NCBI GenBank assembly: GCA_977016875.1
Contig: CDRNST010000096.1
Coordinates: 1,736,001-1,800,000 of the forward strand
Origin: Pavona decussata
Lineage: Eukaryota
Length of the DNA stretch: 64,000 nt
Reading direction: 5' to 3'
A program made the translations under genes and the position numbers. This document shows, piece by piece, positions 1-13,200 of the stretch (position 1 is its first letter; each line of letters starts with the position of its first letter). A model generated the notes under the pieces. That model searched no databases. It had not been told where the DNA came from and was given only the letters and a program-made list of their open reading frames with translations.

Positions 1-191
1 CGACTTTATCTCCAGTACATTTTAAAAATGAATGTTAGATGTTAAAAAAGTAAATCTCCCACAGCGTTATTAAGTATGCGCAAACAGGTCAGAAACTTTT
101 GGACAAGGACTACAAGAACTCCACTTTCACAGCCAGTTGGCAGCGAAGTTGGCACGCGCAAATACTACAGCGCTGATACCACAACTTCAAC

Positions 192-3100
192 ATGAATTTC
201 GAATCGTGCAGCTTTAGACAAATTAAGAAAATAGCATGTGGAAGTTCGCGCAATTTGTCCCAAATGGTTAAAGTAGATGAATGTCAGGACACAATTACGA
301 CTCAGCTTGAAACCTGTCATCTATCAAAGTCTGGACTCAGTGAAGCGGAACTAATACTGTCAAGGGCCGGTCATTTTGACCTTACGAAAGATCAAATACA
401 ACAGATGGTAATTTGCCCACAACATCGGCATAAACTCGGAAAATTTTGGCGGCCATATCGTTCTTGCCAGTATCCATCGCACAGTGGACCAAGAAAAAAA
501 CATTGTAACGAAAGGCATGTAATTGGTTTAGAGACTGCGAAGAACATACAGTCGGTTTTCAAAGTGACCGTGGGAATAGGATCCCGTAAGAATTAAAAAT
601 ACCACGTGACGAGGCGGCCATGGTGGGGGTCTAAACAAAAGAATATTTCCTCGAAGAATTTACATGAAAATAGATTTTAGTTTTCAGAGGAGAGAAATGC
701 TTTTGTTCTTGACCACCAACATGGCCGCCGTGACGTCACGTGCCAACCAGCAATACCGTAAAATTCCGAAAAGCTTATATTTTTCAAAGACCGTTTTTGA
801 GGGGCTTATTTTTGGAGAGGCTTATATACGGAGGAAAATTTTGGGTGTCAAAATCGATTGGGCTAGCCATAGAAGTACATTTACCGTTTTTGCTTTGTTT
901 TACTTTGTATTTAAGGGCAATTTTCCAAAGTACAAGCCCCGGGGGGCTTATATTTGGGGGGGGGGGCTTAATTATACATGGAGGGGCTTATTTTCGGAAT
1001 TTTACGGTAATTTAATTACTTAAGTCTTTAACAAGTTGAGTGTTTTTCTTCTTTGAGAAGACAACGGGAAAAGGGAAAAATTTTTGATGATAATGATAAT
1101 GACGACGACGATGATGACCAAGTACTGTAATTGTTACTGTTGCCATAAAAATTGCAAGGCCATGATGAACCCAGTAGTTCACTCAATCTTTTTTATTCAG
1201 CAATATGTGGGAAGTGTAGAAGCAAACATAAGGAAGTGACAAAAGTAGGAAATGGCTGATAAGGAAGAAGAATGCGATCCGCATCACAGTGCTGCAGCTT
1301 ACGGCTTAAGAAACAGGTAAACGATCGTTGTTGGTGGCTATCTACCTCTCCTTGTGGACGCCTCCATTCTCCGTGTTGATGATGTAAAAAATTGACCTCT
1401 GAACAAACCCCTTAAAGGTCTTGGGATATCTAAACACTTTTCTGAAAGATCCGCATTTGGCCCGTTCAGGACCAAAGGTACACACCGGGTTTACTAAATT
1501 ACGCACTGCGGGATATATCATTCCGATTTTGCGACTCAACTGCTGCGCTCATTTGCGGAATGCGATTATTTTGAGGGCGCCGTTTACTTAAAAATCCTCA
1601 AAGATTTATAAAAAAAAGTGGTTACTTTTGGCGGAAAAAAGATGGGCTTGCTAACTTTCGCCGTTCCGAACTGCAAAACAGTGCTAGGCACAAAAATAAG
1701 TTTCCCACACTGTTTCAGGTAGAGTGTCATGTTCAGGTTGTGTTTTCTTGCTTTCACGGGGGGCGGGGGGTGGGGTGGGGTTTTAAATAGAGGCAGCACT
1801 TCATCAAGGGTGACGCAATATTGCGTCCATAACATATGTCGGTTTACTTAAGATGTCATTTTCCAAAAGTGCCAAAATGTTTTGTTTCCAACTCTTGGCG
1901 AACTGTAGTGCAGTGTTAACAAAACAAATTTTAAAGACGCCTTTTATTTTATCAGGCTGCTAAATGAAACTTTCGCGCCTGAGACCCCACAAACGGACAG
2001 GCTTGCTGGCGCTAACTGGACGCCTGGATGTTGGAGTGGGGTTGGTAGTGGTAGTTCGCAGGAAGACATACATACAGACGAAATTCCTGAAGTATCCGAT
2101 CACGTCGTTGCTGATTTTAACGAGGGAATGGCGAAAATAGCTAGACATTCAAAAAGGGAAGACCTCACACCACTAACATTCCAACTGTCCACGACAAAGG
2201 AGGAAGCAATACCGGATGAAAGAAAAAGTTGCATAGAGAAAGCAACAAAAGCATGTGAAGTAATCTGCAGTGTTATAGCTCCGAAAGACGGCGAAAAACT
2301 TTTTCAAGCAATACACCAGCCTACCGCGAACGATCTTGATGAACCAACAGAGGATCTTATTGCCTTGATGTCCGCATATCGAGATGCCATGACAAAAAAT
2401 GTAAAGATTCAAATACTCAGCATCTATGCTTATCGGTATACCATGAAGCTGTTACAGAAATTCCACGAGCCTTATGAAAAGATAAGTTTGAGACAAATAA
2501 AAAGGGCGAGATTGCATGCAAGAAAACGAGGGCCGGGGTCAAATGTCCCGAAAGTATTCAGCCATCGAGTACGTCTGGACATAAACAAAGTCGACCACTT
2601 TATAGATTTTGTAAACCGTCCTTATTTCTACCAAGACGTGGCCTTTGGAACGCGAACACTGACCTTAGATGGGGGAGGCAAAATAACAATGCCCAACGTA
2701 ATCCGGACCGTGAGTAGATCGACCATGATTATGCAGTACCTTCAACATTGCGAAGAAGAATCATTTGAACCGGCTAGCCGCTCAACCCTTTGTCGCATTC
2801 TTGAAGTGAGAGAGGCTTCACAGCAGAAGTCTCTCAGTGGTCTGGGCAACATTGCAGCAGAAGGGGTCGCATCCTTTGAGCGGCTGTTGAGTATTCTAGA
2901 AGAGCTGAATCAGGCCGGTGCCGACAAAAGAAGAGTTACGGAACTGGCAAAGAAATTGAACGATGGGAAAAAATACCTGAAGACGGAGTTTAAAGTGAAC
3001 TGTTCAGCAGAGGAGAGTGAGTGCGCAGACCACTGCAGAAAATTTGCGTTAAGCGATCCAGTTGATCAATGCTTCAACCTTCAGTGCTCACACTCACACA

Positions 3101-4930
3101 ATATGGTGTGTGAACAATGCGAACAATTGAAGGCAACGTTAGACGGGATGGAAGAAAGTATAAAGAAACACTCCAGCCATCTTTACAGCCAAGAACAAAA
3201 GCATGATCTTCTTTACGATTTTGAAAGATCTAAGAATTGCATTTTTCTTTGGAAATCTCTTGCCTTACGCTCTGTCAACCAAGAATCTGCTAAACAAGAA
3301 GCCCTCCAAAGTCTTGACAGTCAGTCAGTCCTTGTTGTTATTGACTGGGCCATGAAATTTCTTCAAATGAAATACAGAGAAAAACAAAGTGAATGGTTTG
3401 CTAAAAGAGGCCTTAGCTGGCATATAAGCAGTGTGATCTCAAAAGACCAAGAAACGCAGAAAGCTAAGGTCCTGTCGTATGCCCATTTATTAGATTCGTG
3501 TTGTCAAGATTGGTATGCGGTGGTATCTATTTTAGAAAACCTTTTTCAAAACATCAAAATAAATTTTCCAAATGTTAAGCACGCATTTCTACGTTCTGAC
3601 GAGGCTGGCTGCTACCATTGCAATCACCTAATAGCAGCAGTCAAAGATATTGGAGATCGAGTGGGAATTACAGTTGCACGTTATGATTTTTCAGAACCCC
3701 AGCAAGGAAAGGATGATTGTGACAGGGTGCTTTGTCCCATGAAAGCAGCCATAAGAAAGTATTGCGCGGAAGGCCATGACATCATGAACGTAGGAGCAAT
3801 GCACGAGGCCCTTAAGGAACGGCCTGTCAAAGGAACGACAGCGGCTGTAGCCATTTTGGATGAGTCATCCAAAATTCTTGAGGTTCAGAAGATAAAACAA
3901 TTTAGTGAGTTGCACAACTTTAGATACGAAGAGAGTGGGATAAGAGTGTGGAAAGCTTACGCTGTTGGGATCGGCAAGCTTATTCCTTGGCAATCTTTGT
4001 ACATACGGCACCAGGGCTGCACAAATATATCATTAATGGAGGGAAAAGGATTCTTCACCAACACAGAAATAAGAGACCTTCATCGCCCAAGAAAGTGTCA
4101 AGCAAGGAAAGACAACGCCGAAATTGATGATCAGCCATCAATGTTTGTGTGCCCTGACGAAGGCTGTAACTGCACTTTTGACTCTTTCTCCGAACTTGAG
4201 TTGCATACAGACGTAGGAATACATGATAACAGGAAGTCGGAAAGTCTTTATGATAAAGTACGGAAAAACTGGGCTGAAAAATTTTCTTCCATTGAGAACC
4301 AGAAGTTAACAAGCAACAAATCCTCCACTGGTCTGACTGTTAACAGCACAAATTCTCGTCTAAGTATCGGATGGGCTCTTAACAAAGGTAGAACTGGCGG
4401 AGTTCGTTTTTCTGAGAACGTGAGACGGTACCTTACAACAAGGTTTGAAATGGGAGAAAGAACGGGCAAAAAAGCCAATCCAGAAGAGATCGAACGTCAA
4501 ATGCGCAACGCCAGAAATGAACGGAATGAAAGATAATTTCGAAGAGAGGAGTGGCTCACCAAGACTCAAATAATGGGGTTTTTTTTCACGCCTCGCTTCA
4601 CGGCAAAGAACTCGCGGTCAGGAAGCTACATCAAAGGAACAGACATTTGATGTTACAGCAGATGAGAATGACGACATCGACGCCCTCATTGGAGACTCTG
4701 ATCGCAACAATTTGCTTGACGACATTCAAAGCAGAATTGGACTAGAGCATCCGATAGTATATGACACATATGATCTTTGCGTCTATCACAAGGAAGGAAA
4801 GCTACGGGCCTTCAATGTTGCAATGCTCAAGACTATTCTTCGGCACTTTGAAGTACCTTTCCGAGCAAAAGATAGAAAGGCCGACCTTATTAGGTTGTTC
4901 ACGGAGGTTATCCAAGAATGCAACTGCTGA
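192..4930 (+). pseudogene. Sola3-type DDD transposase gene (spliced; near-intact, one in-frame stop at 4534-4536)
   Basis: ORF 2128..4536 has VIDWAMKF..YREKQSEWFAKRGLSWH, LRSDEAGCYH and FSEPQQGKDDCDR, the three Asp motifs I associate with Sola3 transposases. Upstream Cys-rich exons are 192-585 (GT at 586) and 1201-1316 (ICGKC). The frame continues past the TAA (FRREEWLTKTQIMGFF) and, after a frameshift, into 4712..4930 (SAP-like LKTILRHFEVPFRAKDRKADLI). Element ends were not identified. Confidence 0.7.
756..1007. mobile_element. MITE, Tc1/mariner-pogo type, in the first transposase intron
   Basis: TIRs CCGTAAAATTCCGAAAA (756-772) and TTTTCGGAATTTTACGG (991-1007), flanked by TA on both sides, with internal GGGGCTTAT repeats. 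Confidence 0.8.
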
Positions 4931-7189
4931 ATAGAGTCTACTGTCCCTTTTTTCAGATAAAAGGGACAACAATATTTCTTCTTGTAACTGAATCAATTAC
5001 GCTTTTATTGTGCGAGTCTTAGTTAATTTTTTTTTCCCGAAAATTCTTTGGCATGTTGAGTTTTTTGGTATTTGTTATGTGACTTTTACCCGATGACACG
5101 AAACGGAGACGCTTAATTCGATAAAATATTTAAATAATCTAATTGTTTTCTTATAAACCCGCCAATCGAACACTGTCGCGCTCACTTAACTCACTCTCCA
5201 TCAAGGAATAACCAAAGTTCGAGAAATCAAAATTTCAACTAGAATTCAAGGCTCGATCTTCAACTGTCCAGTCTGTCTCGGAATTCCCAGAAAAGAAAGC
5301 ACATAGATTAACAAACCAAATATGACCATTATGACTGATGCTAGAATTTTCATATATCGAACTTAAGCTACTGACAACGTGTAGCATGGCCTAGTATATT
5401 TGCGATTAGTGGTTGGTTGATTCATCACGCCTTAATAATGTACTATATGACCTACTATTACTAAAGTTGCTTAAGTTAAGGTGTCTAGACATTGACTGTA
5501 CACATTTCACCGTTTTCAAGCAAAAATAGCAATCAGTTTAGTCGTGATGGGAATTCATAAACATGTAATTAAAATGTGGACTAGACGTGAATAGACACCC
5601 TATTCTGGTTTTCGATTCCTCGGCTTTTGGAGTCCAATCCTCATTTTCACAACTTATCTTTAAGGACTACCGTGTACTTTCGTCCCATACAGCGTGAAGG
5701 TCAATTAGTGAAGGACTTGCTGGCTGTAAAATGTAAATACTTAATTTTACCGGTAAAAAAAATGTTCCCTAAAAACGCAACTGTTGTATGTCGAATAAAG
5801 CACGTTTGGAAGGGCGAGACTAACAAAGGTTAGTGGCAAAGTAAACTTAATGGTCTACACTTCCGTTCAGTTTTCCTGTAAATAAAGTACAAAAAAAGTT
5901 GCCTAATGGCATTTTTTATTATTTTTAAGCTTAATAATATCAATAATTATAACAAAAAAATATTACAACAAGCAAATGCGATGACCTTTCCAAAGTCTCG
6001 CTTGTGACTATGCTTCCAATGAAAGCGTTAAAACGATTTAGTAAATAAAAATTAAGCTTTGGCTGCTGAACTTTTAGGAATAATTATATTTCTAAAGATC
6101 TATTTATTGAAGAAGGAAGAAGACGAAGAAAAATAATTTTTTTCGTTTAAAAAAACATATTTTACTTCCGAGCGGCAAGTATTTGGAGAAATTTCCCGTC
6201 GAAGCAGCCGGTGTCACGCAACGCGAATTCTGCATCAATATGTAAATTTGAGTCGAAACCTTCAAGTCTGAATCGCGTTGTGCCACAAGTTTTATTGCAT
6301 AAATTGATAGAATACCTCTTTATCTTTAACTAAAACATGTTTTTAAGTCTAGGTTAGGTGCCACTTTTAAGAATTTTGTGAAATTTCTGAGGCATATTTT
6401 GGTGCAGTTTGCTTACTTAATTGAATTACTAGAATAACGATAACCTGTTTTTGCTGATTACAGAGAAATACGGCTAAATCGTATTGGAAAAGTAAGAAGA
6501 AGCAATATTCTTCCAAATGAGTACAAATGGTCTAGGTTTTAACGGCCCGCAGTAGCTTTTAACGATCCTTGAAAAACCTGAATAACGGCGTCTAAAATTT
6601 GCATATTTTAGCCGGTAACGGTCGTTCAGAGATGAAATGCTGATAATGGCAGTAAAATAAACTATTTCCTCATTCTAACTGCATTTTCGTCATAAGGATG
6701 GATAGTGGTATTGATGATATAAATATGAGGCAAAAGTATTTTCGAGTCTGAAATCGAGTGGAACGCTTTTAGGGACATTGCCTTTTAAATGTCATGCACG
6801 TTCCCAATGCTGTACCGTAGTGCCACGAAACGAATGCCAATGATTGAGAGTGTAACAAACATTAAAAAGAGTATGCTAAGTAAAAACCAAAAGCAGTTGT
6901 AAAAAGTTCAGCGAAATAGCTTGACATAAAATGATCAGTATTTAGTTTTACCTCCTTTCTTGCTTATCATTGAATCCATTCTTTTGTTCACACTTTCGAT
7001 AATTTTATCAGTTACAGCCTTATCCATACCCAATATTGTCTCTCTTACGGGTTTAGAAAAGTCTGAAAAACTTTCCCAAGTTGTGTTGTTTGCGATGGCG
7101 TCCTTTGTCAAGCAGTCTTTTGCGAGCTTAAAAAAGTTCTTGATTGGATTTATATGTTGCCAAATTCTCTTTCGACAAGGTCTTTAAAG

Positions 7190-7920
7190 TAGTGCCTGTC
7201 CAATTTGTCTTATTGTTTGCAAAAAGACTACTCCTTCTAAATAACTGATCACTAGCATGAACTTGGCCATCCGCCCACCAGAACCACAATGAGACCCTTT
7301 CGCCGTGCATCTAATAGTTAGGCCCTCTTCAGTTTTTTGTCGAATGCAACCCTGCATTGACCGAGCCTGATCGGCTGGCTTATATTTGTGTACAAAACTA
7401 ACCCCGTCTAAATAGAAGCAACTTGTTCAGTCCACAGGGAGCTTGTAGACCCACGCTTTATCCCGCATGCAAATTTCAGCCTCCTTTGGTGATCTACTAC
7501 TGTTAAGATCCCTTTTACGGGCTTGTATCTACTTGTAGCTGCGTCTGTGTAGCAGACGCCTCACAGTTTTACAGGAGACACATCTAACATCTATTCCTGC
7601 TTCCAACATCAGCCTCTTGACAGTAAAGGAACCCTCTTGTCTTCTAAGCACATCGATTTGTCACAATAGCAACCGCTCATTGCATTCACTAAGTTTTCGA
7701 GGACAATTCTTGCACTCAATATCTTCGCCACGCGCACTCCTTTTTAAACACCAATTATCGTCATTTAGGTTTCGGTAAAGCGATGTACGAGAAATATTGT
7801 ATTTCTCACTATGTCTTGCTTTTTGGCGCTATTGTTTTCCATAATGAAACGCAAATATGTGGATTTCTGCACCATTAACTCCGGGAAACCCAATTGGTTG
7901 AAAACTCTTCACCAATAATG
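7190..7920 (-). pseudogene. Degenerate Tc1/mariner-family transposase fragment
   Basis: Minus-strand translation across frameshifts gives KTVRRLL, RRLKFA, FYLDGVSFVHK and EGLTIRCTAKGSHCGSGGR, typical of the Tc1-like HTH to first-Asp region. Boundaries approximate. Confidence 0.6.
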
Positions 7921-9598
7921 AGTCATTTGAGAAATAATAATTTTACTTTAATGCGCGTGACAGGCCTTTTAGCGGAAAAGTGTTCACGCTGAGTACGCTG
8001 GATACACAGCACATCTTCCAGATGAAATGAATATGCTTAAAATTCCTATCTTTTTAAAAAGCATCAAATTCTGACAGGTTTCAAATTCAAATTTCAAAAA
8101 ATTCAGGTTTCAAATTCCCCACCCCTGGGAAGGCAAAGGGGTCAAATGCCCGCAGTATGCCTGAAGGGATGTTGAAGCTTCGATTTGACCGGTAGATAAT
8201 GCCTGCCTAAAGTTGGTTGCTGGGTATTGTGCAGGAGGGATAATGTCAGTGTTAATGATATACAGGATATTGCAAAAGGGATTCGGGGATGCGGAGCATC
8301 AAAGTTGCAATTTTTTGTAAAAAATAAAATAGCTCTTTGATCCATATTACAGATAGAGAGGGTCAGTGAAAAGAGACTTCCTGTGTATTATTGGCCCTTT
8401 CAGACACTGCCTGCCTTTGTCCAAGAAAAACCGTCTTGTTCCTGGCCTGGCCTCAGCACTATATTGATGATTTGGCACTGCTATTCTCGGGCGAAACTTG
8501 CTCGAATCTCGTTTCTACGCTTGTCATTCCAACACAGTAAAAATGTGTTGGTAGGCTTAGCGAATTAAACTTATTTGGCATCTTAGCTTCATTTTAATTT
8601 GGAGGATTTCATTAATAACTGAAATTAGATCCTTGATTGCCATCACAAAATAACACAGACTTTGGGGGTACTCCAATATCTAAATGTGACGGATTAAATG
8701 TTTGCCTGAAGTTTTCAAAGAACCCTTAAAAGTGCGAGAACCCAAATTTGTGGCCTTGTGGGTTTTACTAAATTTACCCGCAAGAGGTGCCAAAAGAAAA
8801 CTAGTCGGATTCGTCCAATGTTATAACTTCTCTGAGATTTATAAACTAGTGGCGTCGATCCATAACACTTCCTTTGCTCAAAAAGGTCATTCTCTGGTTG
8901 TAACTTTGGTTTGTATTAAACTGAACTCAACAAAAGATTTTAAGTACCCTTTTCTCTGAAAAGTCCGTTTTTATGTCCTTGCGATCCTTAACTTTTATAT
9001 AACGTTATCTTCACTAGAAATTTTTATTTTCTAGTTTTGACAACTCGCAACTGCAACTCGCAACTCCAGAACTTGCAAATTACCCAGTCGCGTTATGTTT
9101 GAAGGCACTTTGACAACTTGCTGTTTTCTTATTGAAGAAGCTGATTAAATTTTCTCAAAAGTGACTTTTTCATTGTCATACAAGGTTATACTAGATTGGT
9201 TTAAAATGTTTAAACCTTGCTTGCTTCCTTTTGCAAAACTAGCTGTTTATTCTGTATTCAACAGTTATCTCCAAGAAGTTTGTTATGTTTTGGTGCATAT
9301 TGGTGATAGGCAATTAATCACTATTGCTCCTATTTCTCTAGCACACTTTGAAGGTGTAGATGATGTACACTGCCTCTGCATGCAAATGGGGAAACAGGTG
9401 AGGTGGATTGTTAAGAAAATCTTTTCAGTTACATTGGAAACTCCAATGAGGACAAAAAAATTGGAAGGGTTCATCCCGTGGTGCTATTCTGGAAGAAGGG
9501 TTATGGTCAGGCGTTATGTCACGCTCTAAGGAATTTCATTCCACTGTGCTCTTAATGATATTATTGATACCAGCCTATGTGGTTGTCGTTTTTCAGTT

Positions 9599-10124
9599 TG
9601 TTACGAAAAATTGTTGCGTGACCGTATGCTAATTTAGTCTAGAATATTCTTGCATATTTAATTAGTTTTGCATCATATTGACTCAGCAGTTTCTGAAGCC
9701 GTTTACGTATGATCCTGTAAATAGATTTATATTGTAATGTTACTTTATTTAGTTGCGCCGGAAAGTTCTAGAATCTTACGCTCATTAGTATATAAGCAAA
9801 TCGGTTTAGCTTTTAGAGAGGTTGTTGTTTATGCGAAGAGAGTACGTGTTTATTGTAGTGTGACAAAGGTCACGTGTAAAGTTTGGCAGAGGCTGTGTTT
9901 ATTGAAGTGTGACAGAGGTCGTGTGTATATTTGGCAGAGGCCGTGTTTAATCAAGTGTGACAGAGGTCGAACTGTAATTTACAAGCCTAGCGTGTGCTTG
10001 TTGTGAAGTTTCATGTGGAATTTACTACGCTCATTTGGAATAAATAACCTTGTTGTTGTTCCGACAACCCTGCGTTCAGTTTAGCCTACGAACTATTCGC
10101 CACTCACAAAACGAACTCGTAACA
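9599..10124 (+). repeat. 5' LTR (526 bp)
   Basis: TGTTACGA...TCGTAACA ends, TATATAAG and AATAAA inside, and an internal ~51-bp tandem duplication. I see 3 substitutions relative to the 3' LTR. Confidence 0.95.
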
Positions 10125-10125
10125 T

Positions 10126-10140
10126 TGGGGGCCTGTCGCT
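10126..10140 (+). promoter_or_regulatory. Putative primer-binding site, resembling the tRNA-Pro 3' complement
   Basis: TGGGGGCCTGTC lies 1 nt after the LTR. It partly matches TGGGGGCTCGTC, the complement of the tRNA-Pro 3' end. Confidence 0.5.
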
Positions 10141-10272
10141 GGAGAGTGGAATTCAAGGAACTGTTTGTTGCCTACCGATAACCAGGAAAGGACCACAACT
10201 TGGAAGGAAGTAACTGTGCTGTGGAAACAAGTGGTAGCAAGTGAAAGAGCCTTGGAATTTTAACACTGTGAA

Positions 10273-13200
10273 ATGGAGAAACTTATGCAACTTGGTAAGG
10301 AGTTTGGACTGGAAGGTGAAAAGCTACTCGAATTTGTGCGTGAACAACAGAAGTTGGAAGAAGAGAAAGAAGAAAAACAAAGACGTGAGGAAGAAGAGAG
10401 AGCAGAAAAACAAAGACATGAGGAAGAAGAGAGAGCAGAAAGGCAAAGACGTGAGGAAGAAGAGAGGGAAGAGAGACGCAGACGCCAGGATGAAGAAAGG
10501 GAAGCGAGACGTCAGGAAAGAGAAATTAGAAAATTACAGCATGAAGCTGACCTCATGAGACAGAAGGAGGTTGCTGAGGCTGCCAAGAGAGAACATGAGT
10601 TAGAACTTGCTAGGTTAGCAGCAACGAATGGTGATGGTCGCACCGCAGAGAGAGATGATAGAGCTAAAGTGCCGAAACTTCCAGCGTTCGTGGATGGTAA
10701 AGATGATTTGGACGCATATTTGCAGAGGTTCGAGAGATTTGCAGATACAGCCAAGTGGCATAGAACTGGATGGGCATCAAAGGTCAGTGTTCTGTTGTCT
10801 GGACGGGCACTCGAAGTGTACTCACGCCTATCTGAAGAAGCAGCTAGAGATTATGGTAAAGTCAAGATCGCGTTGATGAAGAGATATGATCTCACAGAAG
10901 ACGGCTATCGTTGTAAATTCAGAGTGTCTAAGCCGGAAGTTGACGAAAGTCCGGACCAGTTTATCATGCGACTGGACAGGTACCTGTTACGGTGGCTAGA
11001 GCTTTCAGATACTGAACGAACCTTTGACGGTCTAAAGGACTTGATAGTGAAAGAACAGTTTATTGACTCCTGCCCTAAGGATTTGGCCATTCACCTACGA
11101 GAAAGGGCACCTGAAACCCTAGCACAGATTGCGAAGATCGCTGACCAGTACTTAGAGGCCCATGGTAAGCATTTGTTTAGCCCAGTGAGCAGAAAGCCAG
11201 TATTACTGCCTGAGAGGGAGGAAGCCAAGAACACACAGTCTAATTCAACAGCACTCCAGTGCTTTAGGTGTAACGCTCGTGGTCATAGAGCCGCCAACTG
11301 CCCAACCATAGAAAAAAGGTGTTTTCTGTGTGGTAGGCAAGGACACGAAGCTAGAAACTGTCGATCAGGTGGACGGAGATCAGGAGGACAAAGTAAGGAT
11401 GGTAACCCTGTGCAACGTGGTCAAGTGAGCGCCAGTTGCCTAGTTCAACAGACTGAGAGTAAACCCACAGCGGAAGAAGTCAAGTCCTGTATTAAAGATG
11501 AGAAGCTACTGTTAGCCTGTGGTAAGAAGATTCCATTATTGAGTAGCGCCTGTGTTGAACCTTTGTCTGGAGTGAGAAGTAAAATGCCTGTAGTGAAAGG
11601 TAGAGTTGGAGAGAAGTTTGTTGATGTCCTGAGAGACACTGGCTGTAGCGGAATAGTAGTAAAGAAGGATCTTGTGTCTGAGGATCAGTTCACTGGCGAC
11701 TTTAATGTTATGCTGCTCATCGACAACACGGCAAGGAAAGTGCCCATTGCAAAGATTGACGTTGTTACACCTTATCTCAAGGGCCAAGTGGAAGCGCAGT
11801 GCCTTCCCGATGCTGTTTATGACTTAATTGTTGGTAATGTACCATGCGCGAGAGCCGCTGACGACCCAGATCCGAGCTGGCAAGATCATGTGCAAGAGGC
11901 GTGTGCTGTAACCACGAGAGGTCAAGCAAAGAAGGCCGGACAACGTATCCCATTGAAGGTACCGAGTTCTAAAGGAAGTCCTGTAGTTGATAGAGAGAAG
12001 CTTAAACAAATGCAAAATGATGACGAGAGCTTACAGAAATATTGGGAGCGAAATGATGTAGTTGTGAGAGGCCAGGCTGAGATTTCATTTGAAGTGAAAG
12101 GTGGAGTTTTGTACCGCGTCTACAAACACCCTTACGTGAATAGTGGTAAACCCCTGAAGCAAGTTATGGTTCCTGTGCAGCTGAGAAGTCGGATAATGGA
12201 ACTAGCTCACGGATCGCTCATGGGAGGTCACATGGGAATAAAGAAGACGGCTGATAAGATTCAAAGCGCATTCTATTGGCCAGGTATTCAAGGGGACGTG
12301 ACTCGTTACTGCAAGTCATGTGATGTATGTCAGAAGACGGTTAACAAGGGTTCTGTACCGACGGTTCCCCTGGAGAAGATGCCATTAATTGACAAGCCGT
12401 TCAAGAGAGTAGCAATCGATCTGGTTGGGCCTATTGGCTCCCCGAGTGAAGACGGTCATAGATATATATTGACATTGGTTGACTTTGCAACCCGTTATCC
12501 TGAAGCTGTCCCGCTCAAAAACATTGATACGGAGACTGTGGCGGAAGCGTTGGTGGATATCTTTAGTCGTTTGGGAGTGCCTGAAGAGATCTTGAGTGAC
12601 CTCGGCACGCAATTTGTATCTGAGTGTATGAAGGAAGTGACATGGTTGTTGAGCATTAAACAGCTCACTATGACTCCTTATCGCCCTATGTGTAATGGCC
12701 TGACGGAGAAGTTTAATGGAACCATGAAGAGTATGTTAAAGAGATTGTGCAGCGAGCAGCCAAGACAGTGGAATCGTTTTATCAACGGTTTATTGTTTGC
12801 GTATCGTGAAGTTCCTCAGGAGTCTACTGGTTTTTCGCCGTTTGAGTTGCTGTATGGAGGAGCTGTCAGAGGGCCGATGTTTATTCTTAAAGAGCTCTGG
12901 ACGAAAGAGTTGGAGGAACCTGAAGTAAAGAACAGCTACCAGTATGTGTTTGAGCTACGTGAGAAGCTGGAGGATACCCTCAAGCTTGCGCATACCGAAC
13001 TTCAGAAAGCCCAGCACAAAGGCAAGCATTACTACGATCGTAAGGCTAAAGTCAGAAGGTTTGCACAAGGAGATAAAGTATTAATACTGCTACCGACCGA
13101 CCATAACAAGCTTCTAATGCAGTGGAAGGGTCCATCTGAGGTCAGTGCAGTAGTGGGTCTCAATGATTATAAAGTGTGTGTCAAAGGAAAGGAGAGAGTT

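Noticed and set aside
664-1023. ORFs 664..1023 and 740..1015
   Set aside because: They span MITE sequence inside an intron and have no protein features.
9737-10006. Identical 89-aa ORFs at 9737..10006 and 15008..15277
   Set aside because: Both lie inside the two LTRs. The duplication and internal repeat are explained by LTR structure, and there is no protein motif.
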